Shown: piece after piece, positions 12,790-23,089 of the stretch | How positions within the stretch are numbered: the first letter of the stretch is position 1 | Layout of the letters: the number at the start of each line of letters is the position of its first letter | DNA from: Scyliorhinus canicula | Lineage: Eukaryota | DNA length: 64,000 bases | Assembly (NCBI RefSeq): GCF_902713615.1 | Contig: NC_052157.1 | Span: 64,343,703-64,407,702, forward strand | Reading direction: 5' to 3' | Made by a program: the position numbers and the translations under genes | The notes under the pieces: model-generated | What the model was told of the DNA's origin: nothing | Database searches by the model: none | The model's input: the letters and a program-made list of their open reading frames with translations, nothing else

Positions 12790-14025
12790 GTGGATAGTGA
12801 GTGAGCACTGTACTATCAGAAGGTCAGTACCAAGAGAATGCTGCACTGTCTGAGGATCAATACTGAGGGAATGCTGCACTGCTGGAGGATCAGTACTGAG
12901 GGAGTGCTGCACTGTGGGATGGTCTTTACTGAAGGAATGCTGCACTGTCAGGGGATCAGTACTGAGAGAGCACTGCACTGCCAGTAGATCAATGCAGAGG
13001 GAATGCTGCACTGTCGGAAGGTCTGTACTGAGGGAGTGCTGCACTGTCAGTGGGTCAGTACTGAGGGAGTGCTGCACTGTCAGAGAGTCAGTACTGAGGG
13101 AGTGCTGCACTGCTGGAGGGTCAGTACTGATGGAATGCTGCGCTTTTAGAAGGTCAGTACTGAGGGAGTGCTGCACTGTCAGAGGGTCAGTACTGAGGGA
13201 GTGCTGCACTGTCAGAGGGTCAGTACTGAGGGAATGCTACACTGTCAGAGGATCAGTACTGAGGGAGTGCTGCACTGTCAGAGGGTCAGTACTGAGGGAG
13301 TGCTGCACTGTCAGAGGGTCAGTACTGAGGGAGTGCTGCACGGTCAGAGGGTCAGTACTGAGGGAGTGCTGCACTGTCAGAGGGTCAGTACTGAGGGAGT
13401 GCTGCACGGTCAGAGGGTCAGTACTGAGGGAGTGCTGCACTGTCTCAGGGTCAGTACTGAGGGAGTGCTGCACTGTCAGAGGGTCAGTACTGAGGGAGTG
13501 CTGTACTGTCTCAGGGTCAGTACTGAGGGAGTGCTGCACTGCCAGAGGGTCAGTACTGAGGGAGTGCTGCACTGTCTCAGGGTCAGTACTGAGGGAGTGC
13601 TGCACTGTCAGAGGGTCAATACTGAGGGAGTGCTGCACTGTCAGAGGGTCAGTACTGAGGGAGTGCTGCACTGTCAGAGGGTCAGTACGGAGGGAGTGCT
13701 GCTCTGTCAGAGGGTCAGTACTGAGGGAGTGCTGCACTGTCAGAGGGTCAGTACTGAGGGAGTGCTGCACTGTCAGAGGGTCAGTACTGAGGGAGTGCTG
13801 CACTGTCTCAGGGTCAGTACTGAGGGAGTGCTGCACTGTCAGAGGGTCAGTACTGAGGGAGCGCTGCACTGTCGGAGGGTCAGTACTGAGGGAGTGCTGC
13901 ACTGTCAGAGGGTCAGTACTGAGGGAGTGCTGCACTGTCTCAGGGTCAGTACTGAGGTAGTGCTGCACTGTCGGAGGGTCAGTACTGAGGGAGCGCTGCA
14001 CTGTCTCAGGGTCAGTACTGAGGCA
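12790..14025 (+). repeat. 33-bp minisatellite expanded inside a DeuSINE (SacSINE1/AmnSINE1-like)
   Basis: Unit cagtactgagggagtgctgcactgtcagagggt, ~37 copies. Flanked by the SINE head (gggttcaagtcccactccagag) and the Deu-domain 3' part (gatgtaaaa...gggagttctccc...gccaatatttatt). Confidence 0.9.
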
Positions 14026-14389
14026 GTGCACTCTTTGCGATTAAATATTAAAACAAGACCTCTCAGGTCGATGTAAAAATACCACAGCCACCAAAAGCAG
14101 CGGGAGTTCTCCCTTGGGTCTCGGGCCAATATTTATTGATTAATCAATTTCACAAAAAGTATGGTCTGATCATTTACACTATTTGTCCTGTGCTGTGGAC
14201 TCCTTGTGATAATGATTTTACCTGAAAATCACACGTACATTATGCACCATGACACATTGGAATATCTGTGAGAAGTTTATACATTTTTTGAAGACATCAC
14301 TCCTGTGCTCCCTGGCCCTTGGTCCAGCACTGCTTCATACATAATATTGTCATACTTATATTTAAATCTCTCTGAGCCTCACACCTTCC

Positions 14390-15080
14390 CTATCTTTATA
14401 ACTTCCTCCAGTCCCTAAAACCCTCCCTATCTCTGTAACCTCTTGCAGACCCTGAAGCCCTCCATATCTCTGTAACTTCTTCTCGCACCTCCAACCCTCA
14501 TATCTTTGTAACCTTCTGCGATCCCTACAACTCTCCCCATCTCTGTAACTTCCTCTAGCTCCTACAACCCTATCATGTAACCTCATCCAGCTCCTAATAA
14601 TAATCTTTATTACTGTCACATGTAGGCTTACATTAACACTGCAATTAAGTTACTCTGAAAATCCCCTAGTCGCCACACTCCGGCGCCTGTTCAGGTACAC
14701 AGAGGGAGAATTCAGAATGTCTCACAAGCACGTCTTTCAGGACCCTCCCGATCTTTGTAACCTTTGTAACCTCCTCCAGCCCATACAACCCACTGTATCT
14801 TTGTCAGCTCCTCCAAAGGCTAGAACCCTCCCTATCTCTGTAAACTCCTCCAGCTCTAACAACCCTCCCTATCTCTATAATCTCCTGCAGCCCCTACAAT
14901 CCTCCCTATCTCTATAAACTCCACCAGTCCCTACAATCCTCCCTATTTCTGTAACAACCTCCAATCCCAAGAACCCTCCCTAGCTTTGTAGCCTCCTCCA
15001 GCCCCATAACCCTCCCTATCTCTGTAACAACCTCCAGCCCCTACAACCCTCCCAATATCTGTAATCTCCCACCAGTACAA
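14390..15080 (+). repeat. ~37-bp minisatellite (ctccagcccctacaaccctccctatctctgtaacctc) derived from the L2 3' region, interrupted by a SINE fragment
   Basis: Degenerate tandem units followed by an L2-like tail (ctgcgctcttccaattc). Confidence 0.8.
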
Positions 15081-15373
15081 GCAGCAGATAATTCTGCGCT
15101 CTTCCAATTCTATACCCCTGTTCGTCCCTGATTTCCATTACTTCATCATTGGAAGGAGTGAGGCCATGAAGCAGTCTGGAAGCAAGGGCAGGAATCAAGG
15201 TATTGCTAGACTTGGAGCCAATGTAGGAGAGCAGTAAACTGGAAGATAGGACAACAAGAATTAAGACATGAGCAGTAGAGCTTTGATTGAGCTCACATTT
15301 ATGGAGGGAGGCAGACCAAGTCACCACACCATGTGAACATTCATCAGCTACAATTCATGACACATCTCAATGA

Positions 15374-16091
15374 CTAGGGGCTCGTCATATGGAACACAGG
15401 GCCGACCTTCGACTTGGAAATGCAAGATTTGTACTTGGCAGCACACATCACACGGACAAAGACCGCCCTCAATGCATTCCCAAAATCCTTTTTCCTCAGG
15501 GCGTAGACCATCGGGTTGATGAGTGAGTTCAGATGCGAGAGGACCACCACCAAGTTCCCCAGCCATGAGGGCAAGCTGCAGGCAGGGCAGAAGAACACTA
15601 GGCTATTGACCACATTGAGGGGCAGCCAGCAGAGGCAGAAGAGGCCCACCATCAGGAAGAGGGTCTTGGCGGTCTGGATCTCACTGCGCTTGGCCGATCT
15701 GAACTGCTGACTGTTGAAGTACTGGCGAACAATGCGAAAAGAATCGGTGTAAATCCCGAGCATGACCAAGAGGGGCAGGAGTGTCCAACAGAAAAACATG
15801 AAGTACACCATGTAGTTGAAGGAAATCACACTGCGGAATGAACAAGGCGCAACGGACGTCCAGCTGTGATTGGCGGGTATCATGACCTTGAAGGGTCGGG
15901 GGAAGAATCCCAAAAGAGAGATCTCTCTCAGGATGGACCTTTCGGCAGGAATGGTGAAGTTGGTCGTTAAGGCGACGAAAGTGCCTGAGCTGTTCCACCC
16001 CATCACCGGGGTGAAGCCAATAATCAAGGCCAAGATCCAGCAGAAGGCAATCGCCAAGGTGACACGCTTCTTGGTGACCAGAATGCTGTAT
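15374..16091 (-). CDS. Adenosine receptor-like GPCR, coding exon 2 (ICL2 to C-terminus)
   Basis: Acceptor tttttttccccag|A. Encodes YSILVT..CWILALIIGFTPVMGWN, CSFRSVISFNYMVYF, FCLCWLPLNVVN, LSHLNSLINPMVY; TAG stop at 15376-15374. Confidence 0.93.
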
Positions 16092-16126
16092 CTGGGGAAA
16101 AAAATTGAAAACGTAAATGGGGCCAA

Positions 16127-17645
16127 AGTGTAGCACTCCCTCATTACTGATCCTCTGACAGTGCAGCACTCCCTCATTACTGATCCTCTGACAGTGCAGC
16201 ACTCCCTCCGTACTGACCCTCTGACAGTGCAGCGCTCCCTCGCTAATGACTGTCCGAAAATGTTGTGCTTCCTTAGTACTGATCCTCTGACAATGCAGAA
16301 CTCCATTTGTACTAACTCTCTGACAGTGCAGCACTTCCTCAGCACTGACCCTCCGTCAATGCAGTGGTCCTTCAGTACTGAGCCTCTGGCAGTGCAGCGC
16401 TCCCACAGTACTAACCTTCAGACAGTGCAGCACTCCCTCGGTACTGACCCTCCGACAGTGCAGCGGTCCTTCAGTACTGAGCCTCTGGCAGTGCAGCACT
16501 CCCTTATTACTGACCCTCTGAAAGTGCAGCACTCCCTCATTACTAACCTTCAGACAGTGCAGCGCTCCCTTGAGAATTACTCTCCAAGAGTGCAGCACTC
16601 CCTCAGCCTCAGTAATGACCCTCGAACAGTTGAGCGCTCGTTCTGTAATGGCCCTCCAACAGTGCAGCGCTCCCTCAATACTGACCCTCCAACAGTGCAA
16701 CCGTCCCTCAGTACTGACCCTCCAACAGCGCAGCATTCCCTCAGCACTGGCCCTCTGACAGTGCAGCACTCCCTCAGTACTGACCCTCTGACAGTGCAGC
16801 ACTCCCTCAGTACTGACCCTCTGACAGTGCAGCACTCCCTCAGTTCTGACCCTCTGACAGTGCAGCACTCCCTCAGTACTGACCCTCTGACAGTGCAGCA
16901 CTCCCTTGGTACTGACCCTCTGACAGTGCAGCTCTCCCTCAGTACTGACCCTCTGACAGTGCAGCACTCCCTCAGTACTGACCCTCTGGCAGTGCAGCAC
17001 TCCCTTATTACTGACCCTCTGAAAGTGCAGCGGTCCTTCAGTACTGACCCTCTGACAGTGCAGCACTCCCTCAGTACTGACCCTCTGACAGTGCAGCACT
17101 CCCTCAGTACTGACCCTCTGACAGTGCAGCACTCCCTCAGTTCTGACCCTCTGACAGTGCAGCACTCCCTCAGTACTGGCCCTTTGACAGTGCAGCGCTC
17201 CGTCAGTTCTGACCCTCTGACAGTGCAGCACTCCCTCAGTACTGACCCTCTGACAGTGCAGCACTCCCTCAGTACTGACCCTCTGACAGTGCAGCACTCC
17301 CTCAGTACTGACCCTCTGACAGTGAAGCACTCCCTCAGTACTGACCCTCTGACAGTGCAGCACTCCCTCAGTACTGACCCTCTGACAGTGAAGCACCCCT
17401 CAGTACTGACCCTCTAACAGTGCAGCACTCCCTCAGTACTGACCCTCCAACAGTGCAGCACTCCCTCAGTACTGACCCTCCAACAGTGCAGCACTCCCTC
17501 AGTACTGACCCTGACAGTGCAGCACTCCCTCAGTACTGACCCTCTGACAGTGCAGCACTCCCTCAGTACTGACCCTCCAACAGTGCAGCACTCCCTCAGT
17601 ACTGACCCTCCAACAGTGCAGCTTGACCTCAGTACTGACCCTCCA
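16127..17645 (-). repeat. 33-bp DeuSINE-derived minisatellite, inverted relative to 12790-14025
   Basis: Unit cagtactgaccctctgacagtgcagcactccct, ~45 copies. Confidence 0.9.
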
Positions 17646-17764
17646 AAATGGTTGATCCTTATCCTGAGAGTACCTAGTTCCAGACTCTCCAATTGAGCGA
17701 TGGAAATTGGGGAACGTGTAAGAGGCTAGAATTGGAGGAGCGCATATGTCTCAGACCATTGTAC

Positions 17765-19480
17765 GGGCTGAAGGAGGTTACAGAGATAGGGAGGGCTTCG
17801 AGGCTGAAGGAGGTTACAGAGATAGGGAGGGCTTCGAGGCTGAAGGAGGTTACAGAGATAGGGAGGGCTTCGAGGCTGAAGGAGGTTACAGAGATAGGGA
17901 GGGTCGTTGGGGCTGAAGGAGGTTACAGAGATAGGGAGGGCTTCGAGGCTGAAGGAGGTTACAGAGATAGGGAGGGCTTCAGGGCTGGAGGACGTTACAG
18001 AGATAGGGAGGGCTTCGAGGCTGGAGGACATTACAGAGATAGGGAGGGCTGTAGGAGGTTACAGAGATTGGGAGGGTTCTAGGGACTGGTGTGCCTAATA
18101 GAGATAGGGAAGATTGTAGGAGCTGGAGGAGGATACAAAGATCTGGAAGATTGTACGGGACTGAAGAGGTTACAGAGATCAGGAGAGTTCTACACTGGAT
18201 AAAAGCAAATTTCTGCGGATGATGGAATCTGAAACCAAAGAGAAAACGCTGGAAAATCTCAGCAAGCCTGGCAGCATCTGTAGGGAGAGAGAAGCGCAAA
18301 TGTTTTGAGTCTATATGGCCCTTTGTCAAAGCTTTGTCAAAGGGTCATCTGGACTCGAAACATTAGCTCTTCTCTCTCCCTACAGATGCTGCCAGACCTG
18401 CTGAGATTATCCAGCATTTTCTCTTTGGTTTGAGAGAGTTCTCGGTGCTGGAGGGGGAAATAGCGATAGGGTTCAAGGAGATTATGGAACTAGGGAGGGT
18501 TATAGGGGTTGGAGGAAATTACAGAGATAAGGAAGGTTGTAGGGGTTGGAGGGGGTTAGAGAAGGGAGGATTGTAAGGGACTGGAGGAGGTTACAGAAAT
18601 AGGAAAGGTTCTAGGGGCTGGAGGGGGTAATAGAGACAGGGAGGGTTGTAGGAGTTTGAGGAGATTATGGAACTAGGGAGGGTTATAGGAGCTGGAGGAG
18701 ATTACAGAGATCGGGAGGGTTCGAGTGGTTGGAGGAGGTTACAGAGGTAGGGAGGGTTGTAGGGGCTGGAGGAGGTTCCAGAGATCGGAAGGGGTGTAGG
18801 AGAGAGTTATAGAGATAGGGAAGGTTGTAGGGGCTGGTGAAGGTTACAGAGATAGGGATGGATGAGGTGCTGGTGGACATTTTCAGAGAACAGAATGGGT
18901 GTTGGAGGAGGTTACAGAGATAGGGAGGGTTTTAGTGGCTGGAGGATGTTAGAGAGTTAGGGAGGGTTGGCGGGGTTGTAGGAGGTTACAGAAATCAGAA
19001 GGGTTGTAGGAGGGGTGTTACAAAGATAGGGAGGATTGTAGGTGTAGGAGGGGTTACAGAGGTCGGAAGGGTTGTAGGAGGGGGTTACAGAGATCGGGAG
19101 GGTTGTAGTAGGGGGTTACAGAGATAGGGAGGGTTGTAGGAGGGGGGTTACAGAGATAGGGAAGGTTGTAGGAGGGGGTTACAGAGATCAGAAGGGTTGT
19201 AGGAGGGGGTTACAGAGATAGGGAGGGTTGTAGGAGGGGGTTACAGAGATCGGAAGGGTTGTCGGAAAGTGTTAGAGATAGGGAGGGTTGTAGGAGGGGG
19301 TTACAGAGATCGGGAGGGTTGTTGGAGGGGGTTACAGAGATAGGGAGGGTTGTAGGTGTTGGAGGGGGTTACAGAGATCGGGAGGGTTTTAGGAGCTGGA
19401 AGATGTTACAGCGATAGGGAGGGTTGTAGGAGGTTACAGAGATCGGAAGGGTTGGAGGAGGGGGTTACAGAGATAGGGAG
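17765..19480 (-). repeat. L2-derived minisatellite with 36-37-bp units shrinking to ~30-bp units, inverted relative to 14390-15080
   Basis: ggaggttacagagatagggaggg core repeated; L2-like sequence on both sides (17700-17760 and 19480-19680). Confidence 0.85.
18192..18433. mobile_element. Penelope-like terminal-repeat insertion forming a ~200-bp palindrome
   Basis: Arms 18232-~18330 and ~18331-18431 are near-perfect reverse complements; 9-bp direct repeat gagagttct at 18183-18191 and 18434-18442. Confidence 0.7.
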
Positions 19481-19717
19481 GAGATGAAGAGAGATTTGAA
19501 AACAAAGCCATAAAAGTGATGTCTCGTCAGGCTACGAGTCAATGTGCCTCAGCAAGCATCGGGGAGGGGTGATAGGTGAATGAAGCTGGTGCAGGTTCGG
19601 ACACATAGAACAAGGTTCTGGATGAGTTGAAGTGAACGGACCGAGAGAGAGCGTCAGTGCAGCTGAGTCTGGTCAGGGTTGACATAAGATCAAATGGCAC
19701 GAGGTTCGCTGGTTTAC

Positions 19718-20043
19718 CTGCTTGGCTGGCGGATTTTCAGGTGGGTGTTGATTGCGATGGCTAGCAGCACAAAGACTGAGAACTGCGTTGTGATGAGCGG
19801 GAAACAGGCGAGGAGCAGACAGCCATAAAAACAGACGGTGAGGTCCAAGGTGAGCAAGATGGAGCATGGGACAGCCAGGGCCCCCACGCTCAGATCCGCC
19901 AGGGCCAGGCAGGCGATCAGGTAGTTAGTCAGGGTCCTTAGTTCTTTGTGTAAGTACACAGTCGCACAGACCAGCAGGTTCATACTAATGACTCCAACAG
20001 CGAGCGTTGCCTCCAGAACAATGAAGAGACTGTCCGCTCCCAT
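19718..20043 (-). CDS. Adenosine receptor-like GPCR, coding exon 1 (TM1-TM3)
   Basis: MGADSLFIVLEATLAV...TNYLIACLALADLSVGALAVP...CLLLACFPLITTQFSVFVLLAIAINTHLKIRQPS. Phase-2 donor AG|gtaaac joins exon 2 at the ICL2 intron position typical of adenosine receptors; 347 aa in total. Confidence 0.92.
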
Positions 20044-20877
20044 TGATTCGGTTAACGTTTCCGACACAAGGTCACTTTCCAATGCTGTCTTTTCCTCCCA
20101 AGCTTCTAATATAAAGGTTCCGTACTTGCTACGGTGCTGGCGTCTCTTCACAACTTAAGTGGAAACTAACAGGAGATTGGTATATAAGTGCACTAACATG
20201 CTGATAACCTGACAGGCAAATTAGAAGTAGAGGGGGTTACAGAGAAACGGATAATCATGGAAATCATTATTGTTATCCCTCACGGAGAAAGAAGCTTCAG
20301 TGCAACTCACAGGCAAAACTTTGCATTCTCTTCCATTGCGTGAGTTTGTATCTATAACTTGAATTTTCAGGCATATTTTGCCGCGGTTCCAAATGGTAGC
20401 GTTCTGCAAGGGATCAGCGGAAACAAGCCTGCATGTGCATTAAGGAAGCACTCAGAGTCTCTTATCGGATGACACCATACTTCACAGCAAACATTAGCAA
20501 CTGTTGGAGTGTAAAAAATAAACTGATGGATTCACACAGACAACAGGGTGTCTCCTGTTGTCAGGTTCTGAGATGAGCACAGGCTGTTGCCAAGAGAAAG
20601 CAAATTGATACCAGAGCATAATGTGGACTTTGAAAAGTGCATCTGAGATCTATAAATGATAATCAATGTCTCACATCACAGCACATTAATGTGCTTCAGT
20701 TCACTTTTCAGCAAATAAACGGTTCCCAACTCACAGTTTCACAACATGGGCAGTAGCCAATTTGCTTCACTTTTGTTCCTTATGTATTTGGTGCTTGGGG
20801 CCATTCGTAAATTGCAAGGAATATCACCCCACTATCAAAGTTGATGAGAATCACATGCGCCCTAAACCTCCCACTAA

Positions 20878-21135
20878 TCTGTCCCCATCAAACACTCCCA
20901 GGACAGGTACAGCACAGGGTTAGATACAGGTAAAGCTCCCTCAATACTGTCCCCATCAAACACTCCCACCACAGGTACAGCATGAGGTTAGATACAGGTA
21001 AAGCTCCCTCAATACTGTCCCCATCAAACACTCCCACCACAGGTACAGCATGAGGTTAGATACAGGTAAAGCTCCCTCAATACTGTCCCCCATCAAACAC
21101 TCCCACCACAGGTACAGTACTGGGTCAGATACAGA
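20878..21135 (+). repeat. ~68-bp tandem repeat
   Basis: ctgtccccatcaaacactccc..acaggtacagca..ggttagatacaggtaaagctccctcaata, ~4 copies; the same family is inverted at 42930-43310. Confidence 0.85.
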
Positions 21136-21137
21136 GA

Positions 21138-22110
21138 GTGCGATTCTCTAGCCTTGTTGTGCTCTCGCTAGAGTGAAACAAGTCCAGTGAATTGCGGAAG
21201 AGGCCGAAAACAAGAACCTTGTCAGGCTTGTTTGCGATGCAGCCGGCCCACTCCCGTTGGCGAAATCGGGATCTCACCGTAGTGTGGCGAGAAATCAATT
21301 ATCACCACTTAAGCCCCATTTCCATACAATTAACGGGAGTGATCCTGTATCCAACGACCTCCCATCATTCATCCGCCTCCCCAGCAAGTGGTCACAAGGG
21401 CAAAATTAGTACTCATTTTTAAAAATATGACCCATGCAGAAGGGCTTCTGTGGGGAGTCGAGGAGGTAAATAGCCACCTTTGCTCGCAGGCAAAGAGCCT
21501 GGGCGTGTTGGGCTTGCCACCTAGTGCTCGGCAGAGGGTGGACCGCCATGGGATGATGGGGTGGAGAAGCGCTGGGGAAGCAATGGGGAGGCAACCACAT
21601 GCAGTACCACCATGCCAACCCCTGGCTCATGTGTATCATTTCGGGGGCAACACTTGTCCCTGCCCATCTGCCCCAATAACCACCCATAACCCCCAGACTG
21701 CCGAGGCCTCTGGCCAAGCGCCTGAAGGCTATTGCTGATTGGGAATAGGCAATCGTGGTTAGGTGAGAACTTCACACAACCCAAGTGGATTCCTGTGGGT
21801 AGGTGGGCCATGTAGCACGTGGGAGTCATTGCCAAGGATCCCAATCAGACCACGATGCTTGAACACTGCAGGAGCCAACACCACACACGTACAACCAACA
21901 TCCGAACACCCAGGAGATGTCACACAGCTCCAAGGACATGTCCATGGCCGGAGGGTGGGTGAGGGCCATGGGTAGGGGGGATGCCTGGAGATAGGCCTAG
22001 GATTCGGCTGTCGGCCCGCATTACGGAAGAAACCCCTCCACCTTGTGATCCTCGATGTGCTTTGTCTTCCTAGCTCTACCGCTACATCTAGGTGTGTCCC
22101 CAGGATGAAC
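21138..22110. mobile_element. GC-rich non-autonomous DNA-transposon-like repeat
   Basis: Begins with a gcgattctc terminus similar to the 11823 MITE; no intact ORF. Confidence 0.4.
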
Positions 22111-22579
22111 ATCAGAGGTAATAAGTGTCACAAGTAGGCTTACATTAACACTACAATGAAGTTACTGTGAAAAACCCCTAGTCGCCACATCCGGCGCCTG
22201 TTCAGGACACGGAGGAAGAATTCAGAATGACCAAATTACCTAACAGCACATCTTTCAGGACTTGCAGGAGGAAACCGGAGCACCCGGAGACACATAGACA
22301 AGGGGAGAACGTGCAGACTCATACAGTCTGAGAAACGATCCTAACCGCTGCAGTACGTGTTGGAGGTGTTCTCACAATGCTGTCGATGTTGCTTCTTTTG
22401 CTCATCTCCTTAAATTGCTGTCCTCTTTGTTTTCACTCTTCCTGTCTGTTGGAACAGTTGCTCCTTATCTATTCTGTCCTGAACCCCCTTATGGTTTTGA
22501 ACAACTATATCCAATCTCCTCTCAGTTTTCTCTTCTCAAGGAGCAGACGAGTTTCTCCAATCAATCTTGATGATCTTTA

Positions 22580-22888
22580 GGGCAGCACAGTAGCCCAGTG
22601 ATTAGCACTGTTGCTTCACAGCTCCAGGGTCCCAGGTTCAATTTCCGGCTTGGGTCACTGTCTGTGCGGAGTCTGCACATTCTCCCCGTGTCTGCGTGGG
22701 TTTCCTCCGGGTGCTCCGGTTTCCTCCCACAAGTCCCGAAAGGCATGCTTGTTAGGTGAATTGGACATTCTGAATTCTCCCTCTGTGTACTCGAACAGGC
22801 GCCTATGGGATGTGGCGACTAGGGGCTTTTCATAGTAACTTCATTGCCATGTTAATGTAAGCCTACTTGTGACACTAATAATGATTAT
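22580..22888 (+). mobile_element. tRNA-derived SINE
   Basis: gggcagcac head, ggttcaatttcc B-box, conserved body and tail. Confidence 0.85.
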
Positions 22889-23089
22889 TTTAAAGCAAAA
22901 AAAAAACACTGATATTTTTGCCTAATTTACTTTTGTTTTTCTCTGAGGGGGTTGATTGCATCCTGGACTTTATATGGAGGGCCATCGGGGAAAACAAAGA
23001 GAAGATGTACATGTATTGTGTTTCAATACATGTACAGGATATTTTAAAAAAGGAGTTTAAGATGGAGGAGAAAAGAACTAGTAGACAGT

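Noticed and set aside
12718-14076. Long Cys/His-rich ORFs (348, 302 and 264 aa) resembling metallothionein, keratin-associated or heme-binding repeats
   Set aside because: These are translations of a stop-free 33-bp minisatellite, open on both strands and lying inside a SINE.
16161-17417. 418-aa and 346-aa repeat ORFs, and the repeat-derived N-terminus of ORF 15374..16345
   Set aside because: Same minisatellite. The real exon starts at the acceptor at 16091.
12790-17645. CRISPR-like appearance of the regular ~33-bp repeats
   Set aside because: Head-to-tail units with no unique spacers, no cas genes, vertebrate context.
20044-20151. 36-aa N-terminal extension of the GPCR in the ORF track
   Set aside because: It starts at GTG. 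The ATG at 20043 aligns with adenosine receptor N-termini. An upstream exon cannot be excluded.
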